NCBI GenBank assembly: GCA_963801275.1
Contig: CAWDEF010000001.1
Coordinates: 3,794,315-3,858,314 of the forward strand
Source of the DNA: an uncultured Acidobacteriota bacterium
GTDB lineage: Bacteria; Acidobacteriota; Thermoanaerobaculia; UBA5066; Gp7-AA6
DNA: 64,000 nucleotides
Direction: 5' to 3'
The translations under genes were made by a program, and so were the position numbers. The notes under the pieces are model-generated. The model was not told where the DNA came from and searched no databases. It saw only the letters and a program-made list of their open reading frames with translations. Of this stretch, positions 15,803 through 24,203 are shown one piece after another. Numbering within the stretch: the stretch's first letter is position 1; each line of letters opens with the position of its first letter.

Positions 15803-18139
15803 TTGAAAGTAAGTTTTCTGCGCAGCCGCTGGGCGAGCGAGGCGGTGGGGATCTTCCTGCTTCTGGCGGGGGTCTTGACGACGCTCGCGCTGCTCTCCTA
15901 CGACAGCCATGACCCCAGCCTGTTCGCCCTGACGACCGGGGAAGGCGCCGCGCCGCGCAACTGGATCGGCGGGTTCGGCGCGTCGCTCTGCGCCGCGCTC
16001 TACGCGCTGCTCGGCCTGGCCGCCTGGGGCACGCCCGTCGCCCTGATCGCCTTCGGGTGGCGGCGCTTCTGGCAGAAGCCTGTCGAGAACCCGGGCTCCA
16101 AGGCGGCGGGCGTGGCGCTCCTCTTTCTCTCGCTCCCGGCGCTCCTCGAGCTCCTCTTCGGGCGGCGCTACCTCTTTGGCGCCGAGATGGAGACGGGGGG
16201 CGTGGTCGGCCGCGCAATCGGGGAGGCCGCGAAGGCGCGGTTCGGCGCGACGGGTGCGCTGCTGCTCGCCTTCGCCCTGGCGCTTCTGGCGATTCCCCTG
16301 GCGACACAGGTCTCGCTCGGCGAGCTCTTCCTGGGCCTGCGCGTGAGGATGGTGTCGCTGCTCGGACGCCTGACGGTGACATGGGCGCGGCGGCGCGACC
16401 AGCGGACCAAGGAGCGCCTGCGCCGATCGGTCGTGGCCAAGCACCTGGAGAAGTCCCGGAAGGAAGGCGTGACCCTGGACGAGGTGCCCTTCGCTCGGGA
16501 AGACGAGCCGCCCCCGTTTCTCGCGGAAAAGCCGGGCGAGGGCAGGTTCTCCTTGAAGAAGGTGTCGGTCGGAGGGCCGGCGCCGCGGAAGGCCCCGGCG
16601 GCTCCGCCGGCGCCGAAGAAGAAGCTCGACCCGCAGCAGAGCCTTCCCCTCGTCGTCGAGGGTTACACCTATCCGCCCGTGGCGCTGCTCGAGCGGCGCG
16701 AGGGCGCGGGTGCGGTGGACCGGAAGCTGTTGGCCGAGACGGGGCGCCTGATCGCCGACAAGTGCGCCGAGTTCGGCGTCGAGGGAGAAGTCGCGGAATA
16801 CCACCCCGGTCCGGTCGTGACGACCTACGAGTTCCGCCCGGCAGCGGGCATCAAGGTCAACCAGGTCATGGGACTTTCGGAGGATCTCGCCCTGGCGCTC
16901 TCGGCGGAGTCGATTCGGATCGAGCGGCTGCCCGGCCGAGCGAGCGTCGGCATCGAGGTGCCCAACCCCGGAGGGGGAGAGATCATCTCGATGCGCGACG
17001 TCATCGAGTCCGAACGCTTTCAGCGCTCGCCCTCGCTTCTGACCCTCGCCCTCGGCAAGGACATCCACGGCGAGCCCGTCGTGGACGATCTGCGCGGGAT
17101 GCCGCACCTGCTGATCGCCGGCACGACGGGTTCGGGAAAGAGCGTGGGCTTGAACGCGCTGATCACGTCGATCGTCTACAAGTCGCGGCCCGACCAGGTA
17201 AAGCTGATCCTGATCGACCCGAAGATGGTGGAGCTCGAAATCTACGAGCACCTTCCGCACTTGGCGACACCGATCATCACGGACCCGAAGAAGGCGGCCA
17301 ATGCCCTCAAGTGGGCAGTCCATCTCATGGACGAGCGCTTCCAGACCCTCTCGGACGTGGGCCAGGTGCGAAACGTCGAGCAGTACAACGCGGCGATCAA
17401 GGATCCGGAGACGCTCGCGAGGGTCAAGGCCCAGCATCCGGAGGATCCGGACCTGAAGCTCGACCCAATGCCGCTCATCGTCATCGTCATCGACGAGCTC
17501 GCCGACCTCATGATGATGGCGCCCAAGGAAGTCGAGGAGTCGGTCGTTCGCCTCGCGCAGAAGGCGCGCGCGGTCGGCATTCATCTGGTCGTCGCCACGC
17601 AGCGACCCTCGACGGACGTTCTGACCGGCGTCATCAAAGCGAACCTGCCTTCCCGCGCGGCGTTCAAGGTCTCCTCGAAGGTCGACTCGCGCGTGATCCT
17701 GGACGGCAACGGCGCCGAGCGTCTCCTGGGGCGCGGCGACATGCTGTATCTGCCGCCCGGCACCTCGCGCCTGAAGCGCGTCCACGGCGCCTTCGTGTCC
17801 GTGCAGGAGACGGCCGCGTTGATGAAGTTCCTGAAGAAGCAGGCCAAACCGCAGTACGACGAGGCAATCGTCAAGGACCGCGAGGAGGTTGTCGAGCGCG
17901 ACGACGCGGGCGACGAGACGGACCCGCTCTACGACGAGGCCGCCCGCCTCGTGGTCCGCGAGAAGATGGCCTCGATCTCGTTCCTGCAGCGGCGCATGGG
18001 CGTGGGCTTTTCCCGCGCCGGCAAGCTCATCGACATGATGTCGCGCGACGGCTTGCTCGGGCCGCCCCGCGGATCGAAGCCGCGGGAGGTTCTGGTCTCC
18101 GACGACTACTTCGAAGAAGTGGACCGGCAGCCCCGGTGA
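15803..18139 (+). CDS. ftsK: DNA translocase FtsK
   Basis: 778 aa. N-terminal TM segments and a motor domain (LLIAGTTGSGKSVGLNALI Walker A; VIVIDELADLMM Walker B). The C-terminal gamma winged-helix is present (SISFLQRRMGVGFSRAGKLID). The start is a TTG and is uncertain. Confidence 0.9.
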   Translation: MKVSFLRSRWASEAVGIFLLLAGVLTTLALLSYDSHDPSLFALTTGEGAAPRNWIGGFGASLCAALYALLGLAAWGTPVALIAFGWRRFWQKPVENPGSKAAGVALLFLSLPALLELLFGRRYLFGAEMETGGVVGRAIGEAAKARFGATGALLLAFALALLAIPLATQVSLGELFLGLRVRMVSLLGRLTVTWARRRDQRTKERLRRSVVAKHLEKSRKEGVTLDEVPFAREDEPPPFLAEKPGEGRFSLKKVSVGGPAPRKAPAAPPAPKKKLDPQQSLPLVVEGYTYPPVALLERREGAGAVDRKLLAETGRLIADKCAEFGVEGEVAEYHPGPVVTTYEFRPAAGIKVNQVMGLSEDLALALSAESIRIERLPGRASVGIEVPNPGGGEIISMRDVIESERFQRSPSLLTLALGKDIHGEPVVDDLRGMPHLLIAGTTGSGKSVGLNALITSIVYKSRPDQVKLILIDPKMVELEIYEHLPHLATPIITDPKKAANALKWAVHLMDERFQTLSDVGQVRNVEQYNAAIKDPETLARVKAQHPEDPDLKLDPMPLIVIVIDELADLMMMAPKEVEESVVRLAQKARAVGIHLVVATQRPSTDVLTGVIKANLPSRAAFKVSSKVDSRVILDGNGAERLLGRGDMLYLPPGTSRLKRVHGAFVSVQETAALMKFLKKQAKPQYDEAIVKDREEVVERDDAGDETDPLYDEAARLVVREKMASISFLQRRMGVGFSRAGKLIDMMSRDGLLGPPRGSKPREVLVSDDYFEEVDRQPR

Positions 18140-18519
18140 GCGCGCCGCGGCTCCTTCTCCTCGCGGCGGTGCTGGCCTCGCCGGTCCTCGCCTATCTGAT
18201 CTACCGGGCGGCCCGTGAGCTCGGGTTCCTGGATCCCCCGGTCGACCGGGAGCACGAGCTGCGGCGGCAGATCCTCGCGGCGCTGTACGCCCTCCTGCTC
18301 TTTCTCCCGGTCTTCCTCTTCGGGTGGGAGCGGAGGTGGCCGCGAATCTGGATCGTGTTCGGAGTGGCGAGCGGCCTCGCGCTCGTTTTCTTTGCCGCCT
18401 CGGGCCTCGTCTGCGCGCGGATGCTCTGGAGGCTGCGGCATCCGGCCGAGCCGCCTGCCGAGCCCGCGGGTCCTTCCGGCGAGGCCCCGCGTGAGGTGGC
18501 GCCGAGCGAGTCGCGCTGA
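18136..18519 (+). CDS. Small polytopic membrane protein, unknown function
   Basis: This is the last 127 codons of track ORF 16057-18519. The GTG at 18136 overlaps the ftsK stop (GTGA). Three to four hydrophobic helices (LLLLAAVLASPVLAYLIY, ALYALLLFLPVFLFGW, IWIVFGVASGLALVFFAASGLV). The stop is 2 nt before the next gene. Confidence 0.5.
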   Translation: MSAPRLLLLAAVLASPVLAYLIYRAARELGFLDPPVDREHELRRQILAALYALLLFLPVFLFGWERRWPRIWIVFGVASGLALVFFAASGLVCARMLWRLRHPAEPPAEPAGPSGEAPREVAPSESR

Positions 18520-18521
18520 GC

Positions 18522-20357
18522 GTGGAGGCGAGGGGGCCGGCCGCAACGCGCCGGCGGACCCGGGCGGCAGTCGTCGGCGGAGCCGTGTTGATCGTTGCGC
18601 TCCTGCCGCGCGCCGCGAACTGGAGGACCGCCTTCGGGGGGCCCGTCGCGCAGGTCCCGCCGCTCGACGACCTCTACCACGCCAAACGCATCCTCTATTC
18701 GGCCGCGCACCCCTTCGCCGTTCTCGACTTCGACCCGGATCGCGGCGTCGACGGGGCCTTCTGCCCCTGGCCGCCGCTCTACGACCTCGCAGCCGGGACG
18801 GCTGCGCGCGCTCTCGGCGGGGCGACTCCCGCGCAGGTTCTCTTCCGGGCGAGCCTCTTTCCCCCGATCGTGGCGTCGGTCTTCCTCGCGGCGCTCGCGG
18901 CATGGCTCGTCGCGCGCGTCGGCACCCTCGCGGGACTTCTCGCGGGTGTGGCGGCGGCGATCGCGCCGGATGCGATCGACAAGTCGCGTCTGGCCGCGAT
19001 CGACCATCACTTCCTCGAGTTTCCCCTCGCCGTCGGCATCCTGGCCGCCACGGCGGGGCTCGTGCGCGCGCAGGGTCGGGCCGGAGCCGTCGGCCGCGGC
19101 ACGGCTCTGGCTCTCGCGATCGCGGCGGCGCTCTTCGTGCAGCCGGCGCTCGTTCTTGCGGCCGGCGTGGTCTTCCTGGTGGCTCTCGGGTTCGATCGGA
19201 GCCTTCTCTTCGCGCGCGCGGCCGCGGCCGTGGGGTTCGCGCTGGCGGCGCTTCTGGTCATCGTCTATCGCGCGAGCCGGCCCGCAGGATATCCGGACGA
19301 TCAATGGCATCTCGGTCTGCCGCACGCTTCTCTTCTGCTCGCCGCCGCGGCGGGCCTGGCGGTCGACGCCTGGATGCTGCGCCGCGGCGCCGGCCGTGCG
19401 GTTTCGGCGGGCCTCTCCCTGACGATTGCGGCGCTCGTCGCCGCCGACGTGCCCCGCGCCCTGCCGCCTCTGCTCGAGGGTTCGCGTTTCTTCGGCGGCG
19501 ACCCCTGGCTCGACACCATCCAGGAGTTCCGGCCCCTGTTCACCTCCGCCGGCGGCCTCTTCTGGGGCGACTTCTGTCTGCTCGGAGGCGGGGCCCTTCT
19601 GGTGCTCGCCATGCCCTGGAGCCCGCGCTGGCGCTCGGGCACCCGCGCCGTCGCTCTGGCCTTTGCGGCGGCGTACCTCATCGCGGCGTTGACGACCGCG
19701 CGATTCCTCGCCGTCGCGACGCCGCTTCTCGCGGTGACGGGCGCCGTGTACGTGTCCGATCTGCGCGGCGAGGGCCAGCGTCGCCTGTCCGCGCTCGCGG
19801 CCACGCTCCTGCTCGTGCCGTCGCTTCCCCTCTTCGCGGGGAGACTCTGGAGCCCGCCTCCGGTGGTGCCCGAGGGCGGCGCTCCGGTCGTGCGCGCCGC
19901 GCGCGCCCTGCGGGACCCCGGCCTGCCGCCGGGAAGGGTTCTGCCGCCATGGTCGTGGGGCCACCTCTTCGGGGTGGCCGGCAGGAGGGGAGTCCTGGTA
20001 GACAACTTCGGGGCGTCGATCGGGCGGGTCGCCTTCGACGAGGCCTGCGGGGTCCTGCTCTCGACGCACGAAAGGTCCGTGGCCGAGTTCTGCCGCCGAA
20101 CCGGCGCGCGTTACCTCGTTCTCCAGAATCCGCTCGGCTACGGGACTGCCTATCCGCGCATGCTCGGTCTGCCTCCCGAAGCCTTCCTGCGGGAGGGCAA
20201 GCCGACCGCTCTCCTGCGCTCGAGTTTCTGGTGGAGGGCTTACTTCGCGCCGGCGGGCGGCGATCCCTTCCCGGATTTCAGGCGCATCATCGGCGAGCCG
20301 CGCGGCGAGGTTTCGGCGGGGGAGGGCGCGGTTCAGGTCTGGGAGTTTCGGGGGTGA
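18522..20357 (+). CDS. GT-C fold membrane glycosyltransferase with STT3/AglB/PglB-like oligosaccharyltransferase motifs
   Basis: 611 aa and polytopic. Motifs appear in canonical order: LDDLYHAKR (aa 48-56), AIDHHF (aa 159-164), DTIQEF (TIxE, aa 331-336), and PWSWGH...VLVDNFG...ARYLVL (degenerate WWDYG region, aa 476-535). Confidence 0.6.
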   Translation: MEARGPAATRRRTRAAVVGGAVLIVALLPRAANWRTAFGGPVAQVPPLDDLYHAKRILYSAAHPFAVLDFDPDRGVDGAFCPWPPLYDLAAGTAARALGGATPAQVLFRASLFPPIVASVFLAALAAWLVARVGTLAGLLAGVAAAIAPDAIDKSRLAAIDHHFLEFPLAVGILAATAGLVRAQGRAGAVGRGTALALAIAAALFVQPALVLAAGVVFLVALGFDRSLLFARAAAAVGFALAALLVIVYRASRPAGYPDDQWHLGLPHASLLLAAAAGLAVDAWMLRRGAGRAVSAGLSLTIAALVAADVPRALPPLLEGSRFFGGDPWLDTIQEFRPLFTSAGGLFWGDFCLLGGGALLVLAMPWSPRWRSGTRAVALAFAAAYLIAALTTARFLAVATPLLAVTGAVYVSDLRGEGQRRLSALAATLLLVPSLPLFAGRLWSPPPVVPEGGAPVVRAARALRDPGLPPGRVLPPWSWGHLFGVAGRRGVLVDNFGASIGRVAFDEACGVLLSTHERSVAEFCRRTGARYLVLQNPLGYGTAYPRMLGLPPEAFLREGKPTALLRSSFWWRAYFAPAGGDPFPDFRRIIGEPRGEVSAGEGAVQVWEFRG

Positions 20358-20361
20358 AGCG

Positions 20362-21306
20362 GTGAGGGCCGTCTTCTTCGGCACGCCGGAGTTCGCGGTG
20401 CCGTCTCTCGACGCGCTCCTCGCGGCGGACATCGAGGTCACCCTCGTCGTGACGCGGCCCGACCGGCCCGTCGGCCGCCACGGCACTGCCGTTGCCTCGG
20501 CTGTCGGAAGACGCGCGCAGGAGGCGGGCCTGCGGATCTCGAAGCCCGGACGCCTCAGGGGCAATGCCGAGCTCCTCGCCGACCTCGCGCGGAGGTCTCC
20601 CGACGTCGGCATCGTCGTCGCCTACGGCCGTATCCTGCCGCCTGAGGTTCTCGGGGTCCCGCGCCTGGGCTTCGTCAACGTCCACGCGTCGCTTCTGCCC
20701 AGGCACCGGGGAGCCGCGCCCGTGCAGGCGGCCCTGCTGGCCGGGGATTCGGAGACGGGAGTCGTGACGATGCGCGTCGTCGAGGAGCTTGACGCGGGAC
20801 CTCTCTACCTCGCGCGGCGCGTGCCGATCCGCCCGGCCGACGACGCCGGCATCCTGTCGCATCGCCTCGCGCGCGAGGGAGCGGGGCTGCTGGTCGAGAC
20901 GCTGCGGGGGCTCGGCCGGAACGCCCTCGAGCCCGTGCCCCAGAAGGGCGAACCGACCTTCAGCCGTCCACTGCGCCGCGAGGACGGCGAAGTGGACTGG
21001 AACGCGCCCGCCGAAGAGATCGCGCGGCGGATGCGAGCGTTCTCGCCGTGGCCGGGGCTCTTCACGTTTCTGGGGAAGGAGCGCGTGAAGCTGCTCGCAG
21101 CCGAGGCCCTGCCGGGAGGTCCCGCACTCGAGCCCGGAGTCCTGACGCAGGAGGGCGAGCGCGTGGTCGTGGGTGCCGGCGGCGGCACCACGGTTCTGCT
21201 GCGCAGGGTCCAGCGCGAGGGGCGCACGCTGGTCTCGGCCGCCGAGTTCGTCCGAGGGCTTGTGCGTCTGCCCGCGAGGCTCGGCCGGTCCGCGGACGGA
21301 CGCTGA
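20362..21306 (+). CDS. fmt: Methionyl-tRNA formyltransferase
   Basis: 314 aa with a GTG start. MRAVFFGTPEFAVPSLDAL and VNVHASLLPRHRGAAP (SLLP motif) are present. Confidence 0.9.
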   Translation: MRAVFFGTPEFAVPSLDALLAADIEVTLVVTRPDRPVGRHGTAVASAVGRRAQEAGLRISKPGRLRGNAELLADLARRSPDVGIVVAYGRILPPEVLGVPRLGFVNVHASLLPRHRGAAPVQAALLAGDSETGVVTMRVVEELDAGPLYLARRVPIRPADDAGILSHRLAREGAGLLVETLRGLGRNALEPVPQKGEPTFSRPLRREDGEVDWNAPAEEIARRMRAFSPWPGLFTFLGKERVKLLAAEALPGGPALEPGVLTQEGERVVVGAGGGTTVLLRRVQREGRTLVSAAEFVRGLVRLPARLGRSADGR

Positions 21307-22649
21307 TGCCGCCGCGGCCCGATGCCCGCGGGCGCGCGGTGGACGTCCTCCGTCAGGTCTTCGAGCGCGGCGGCCGCGCGACGCCGCTGCTTGCGGCAAA
21401 GGGGCGCGGCCTTCCGGCGGCCGACCGGGATCTCTTCCGCGAGCTCGTTCTGGGGGTCCTTCGGTGGCGCGACGCCCTCGACGCCGAGATCGCCTCGGGC
21501 TCGCGGGTGCCGCTCCCCAGGCTCGCTCCGAAGCTGCGCGAGATTCTCGAGGTCGCGCTCTATCAGGTCCGGCATCTCGACCGCGTCCCGGACTACGCCG
21601 CCGTCTCCGAGGCGGTCTCTCAGGCGCGCGAGAGCGGCGGCGAAGGCGCGGCAAGGCTCGTCAACGGCGTCCTGCGGGGAATCCTCCTTCTGCCTTCTCC
21701 CTCTCTTCTCCCTCTCCCTCCGGGAGAGGGTCGGGGTAAGGGGCGGCCGACCGCCACCCGGCTCGCCCGACACTTCTCGCACCCGCTTTTTCTCGTCGAG
21801 CGCTGGCTCGAGCGGTTCGGCCTCGAGCGCACGCAGCAGATCCTCGAGGCCGACAACGCGGCCTCTGGCGTCGACCTGCTCGCCAACCCGCGGCGGGGGA
21901 GCCGCGACTCCCTTGCCGAGGCACTGCACGCGGAGGCGGTGGAGACCCGGGCCTCCGGCATCTCGCCACTCGGCCTCACCGTCGTGCGCGGGAATCCCGT
22001 CCGTTCCAGGCTCTTCGCCGGCGGCCGGTTCCTGATTCAGGACCTCGGCTCCCAGGCCCTGCCCCTCCTGCTGCCCCCCGGAGACACCCTTTTCGATCTG
22101 GCGGCGGCGCCCGGAGGGAAGTCTTTCGCGGCCGTTCTGACGGGCCGGGCGCGCCGCGCTCTGGCGCTCGATCGCAGCCTCGAGCGCCTGGACCTCCTCC
22201 GGCAGAACCGGCAGCGTCTCGGCGTTTCGGAGGTCCGCGCCGTCGCGGCGGACATCGCGCGGACGCCTCTGCCTCCGGGCTCCTGCGACCGGGTTCTGCT
22301 GGACGCCCCCTGCAGCGGCACCGGCACGCTGCGAAAGGCTCCGGAGATCCGGTACCGCCTGACTCCCGACGGAATCGACCGGCTGGCCGCCGCGCAGGAG
22401 GAGTGGCTCGCGGCGGCGGCGCGCCTGCTTTCGCCCGGCGGCTACCTTCTCTACGCGACCTGCTCGCTCGAGGAAGAGGAGAACGAGCGGGTCGTCGCGC
22501 GCGTTCTCGAACGGAACAAGGATTTGCAGCCTGCGGCGATCGAGCCCGCCGAAGGGCTCGAGCCCTCGGTTTCCGGTTCGATCCTGCATCTCTTTCCGAG
22601 CGCCGACACGGACGGCTTCACCGCGCACCTGCTGCGGCGGCGCGCGTAA
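21306..22649 (+). CDS. rsmB: 16S rRNA (cytosine967-C5)-methyltransferase
   Basis: The ATG at 21306 shares one nucleotide with the fmt stop. NusB-like N-domain, then a methyltransferase core (DLAAAPGGKS, LLDAPCSGTGTLRK, YATCSLEEEENE). The real start lies inside track ORF 21048-22649. Confidence 0.85.
   Translation: MPPRPDARGRAVDVLRQVFERGGRATPLLAAKGRGLPAADRDLFRELVLGVLRWRDALDAEIASGSRVPLPRLAPKLREILEVALYQVRHLDRVPDYAAVSEAVSQARESGGEGAARLVNGVLRGILLLPSPSLLPLPPGEGRGKGRPTATRLARHFSHPLFLVERWLERFGLERTQQILEADNAASGVDLLANPRRGSRDSLAEALHAEAVETRASGISPLGLTVVRGNPVRSRLFAGGRFLIQDLGSQALPLLLPPGDTLFDLAAAPGGKSFAAVLTGRARRALALDRSLERLDLLRQNRQRLGVSEVRAVAADIARTPLPPGSCDRVLLDAPCSGTGTLRKAPEIRYRLTPDGIDRLAAAQEEWLAAAARLLSPGGYLLYATCSLEEEENERVVARVLERNKDLQPAAIEPAEGLEPSVSGSILHLFPSADTDGFTAHLLRRRA
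21710..21730. repeat. Perfect 9-bp/3-nt-loop palindrome (CCCTCTCCC-TCC-GGGAGAGGG) inside the rsmB linker
   Basis: Read directly from the sequence. It sits in a polypyrimidine/polypurine tract at 21681-21750 that encodes LLLPSPSLLPLPPGEGRGKGRP. Confidence 0.7.
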
Positions 22650-23307
22650 CCTCCACTTCGCCGGGATCTTCTGGCTCCGCTGCGCCGGGCTCCTTCCGCA
22701 CCGCGTCGTACACGCTGCGAACCGTCGAGGAGCGGCGTCCCTCGATCCGCGTCGTGACGGTCAGCTGGGTCCCGTCCGCCGAGACGCCGAGGGTCTGGAC
22801 GATCTTCGGCCCCTTTTCCGGCTGGGACGTGATCTCCACCCGTCCGTCCTTCCAGACGGCGCGGACCTCCGTCGTTCCTCCAAAGGAACGCTCCTCCTCC
22901 GTCTTGCGGCCGTCGGTGTAGATGGTGTGTTCTTTCCCTGCGGCGTCGGTGATCTGAAGCTTCGGATCCGCGTGCACGATGACCAGGCGCTCGCGGCCCT
23001 CGAGCCAGGAGGAGCCGCCTCCGGAGCCCCCGTCGCCGCCCCGATGACCGTGCCCGCGGCCGTGTCCGCCCCCGTGATGGCCGCCGCCCCACCCGCCGGA
23101 TCCCGAAGGCGACGCCCCGTCGCCGGAGTCGGGCGCCCCGCCGGGTCCGCTTCCACCCTCCCGGATCGCCTGCTGGGGGTCGTCGCTCCGGGCCGGGTTC
23201 AGCTTCCATGTGCCCGAGAGGTCGGGAAGCCCGCCCGACCGGGCGGAGGCGCGCGCCAGGAGGATTCCGAGGCCGAGGGCGAGGGATCGAAGGGCGGCGG
23301 TTCTCAC
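22618..23307 (-). CDS. Secreted lipocalin-like protein with a Gly/His-rich insertion
   Basis: Signal peptide MRTAALRSLALGLGILLARASA and the SGTWKLNPARS motif. A low-complexity tract GGSGPGG...GGWGGGHHGGGHGRGHGHRGGDGGSGGG covers aa 50-100. A beta-rich C-terminal part follows (LVIVHADPKLQITDAAGKEHTIYTDG...). Confidence 0.6.
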   Translation of the reverse strand: MRTAALRSLALGLGILLARASARSGGLPDLSGTWKLNPARSDDPQQAIREGGSGPGGAPDSGDGASPSGSGGWGGGHHGGGHGRGHGHRGGDGGSGGGSSWLEGRERLVIVHADPKLQITDAAGKEHTIYTDGRKTEEERSFGGTTEVRAVWKDGRVEITSQPEKGPKIVQTLGVSADGTQLTVTTRIEGRRSSTVRSVYDAVRKEPGAAEPEDPGEVEVTRAAAAGAR

Positions 23308-23364
23308 GCGTTGTCTCTCCTCGAGGGAAAGGACGCGCGGCCGCCGCCGGATGTTACGGGCCGG

Positions 23365-24120
23365 CTACTGAGGCCAGTTCAATCCGAGGGCCTTCGAGAA
23401 GAACGCCGCCGCCTCGCCGCGCGTGATGTTGGCGTTGGGGCAGTAGTTGCCCGGCGCGCAGCCGCCCGTGATTCCGGCCGCCGCGAGATTCTCGATCGCC
23501 CGGAAAAAGAGGAAGTTGGTCGGCACGTCGGCGAAGGTCGCGACCGCCGGCGCCGGCGCCTGCTGGCGCTGCCACTTGATCGCGACCCCTCCGAAGGCGA
23601 GCTCGTCCGAGGCGACCATCGAGACGGAGACCCGATACGAGAGGAAGCTGCTCTTGCCATCCCCGTCGCCGTCGGCAAACGCCCGCACCGTCGTACTCAA
23701 GGTCGGCGTGGCGCAGACGACGTCGTAGCCGGGCGATCCGGTCGAGGAGACGCTGCCGAGAGCGGTGAGCGATGGGCCGCCGTTCGTGGCGTTGCCGAAC
23801 TCGATCACCGCCAGGTCCATATTGACGTTTGCGACGGCGTCGTTGTCCCGGTAGATCAGGCAGAACTGGTTCACCTTGGCGCCCGGGGGCAGGCCCGTGG
23901 AGGCGAAGAAGGTGGCCGGGTTTCCCGACGTTGCCTGGATGTAGGTGAACCCTTCGTTGAAGAAGGTGAGGCTGGTGCCGTTCGGCGCGAATTGTTCCGT
24001 CGGGATGACCGTCGTGAGCTCGACCGTTCCGAATTGGGCGCGGAGGGCGACAGGCGCTGCCCAGAGGAGTGCGATCAGGCAGAAGGCCGGCAAAGCTGTC
24101 GAACGACTCGCGGTGCGCAT
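23365..24120 (-). CDS. Secreted protein with a C-terminal SLH-like domain
   Basis: Signal peptide ending in ALRAQ. The last 56 aa, FADVPTNFLFFRAIENLAAAGITGGCAPGNYCPNANITRGEAAAFFSKALGL, fit the SLH consensus (F-DVP...I..L...GI..G...P...iTR.E.A....al). Confidence 0.65.
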   Translation of the reverse strand: MRTASRSTALPAFCLIALLWAAPVALRAQFGTVELTTVIPTEQFAPNGTSLTFFNEGFTYIQATSGNPATFFASTGLPPGAKVNQFCLIYRDNDAVANVNMDLAVIEFGNATNGGPSLTALGSVSSTGSPGYDVVCATPTLSTTVRAFADGDGDGKSSFLSYRVSVSMVASDELAFGGVAIKWQRQQAPAPAVATFADVPTNFLFFRAIENLAAAGITGGCAPGNYCPNANITRGEAAAFFSKALGLNWPQ

Positions 24121-24203
24121 TCGGACACTCCTCTATCTCGTTGGGGTTTGGCGCGGAGTCTATCGGAGTCCGGGTTTCCTTTCCGTTTCGATGGTGTCTC
24201 GCC

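Noticed and set aside
16057-18519. An 820-aa plus-strand ORF overlapping ftsK in another frame
   Set aside because: Only the last 127 codons, after the ftsK stop, look like a real (membrane) protein. The rest is frame-shifted ftsK sequence with R/G/A/P composition.
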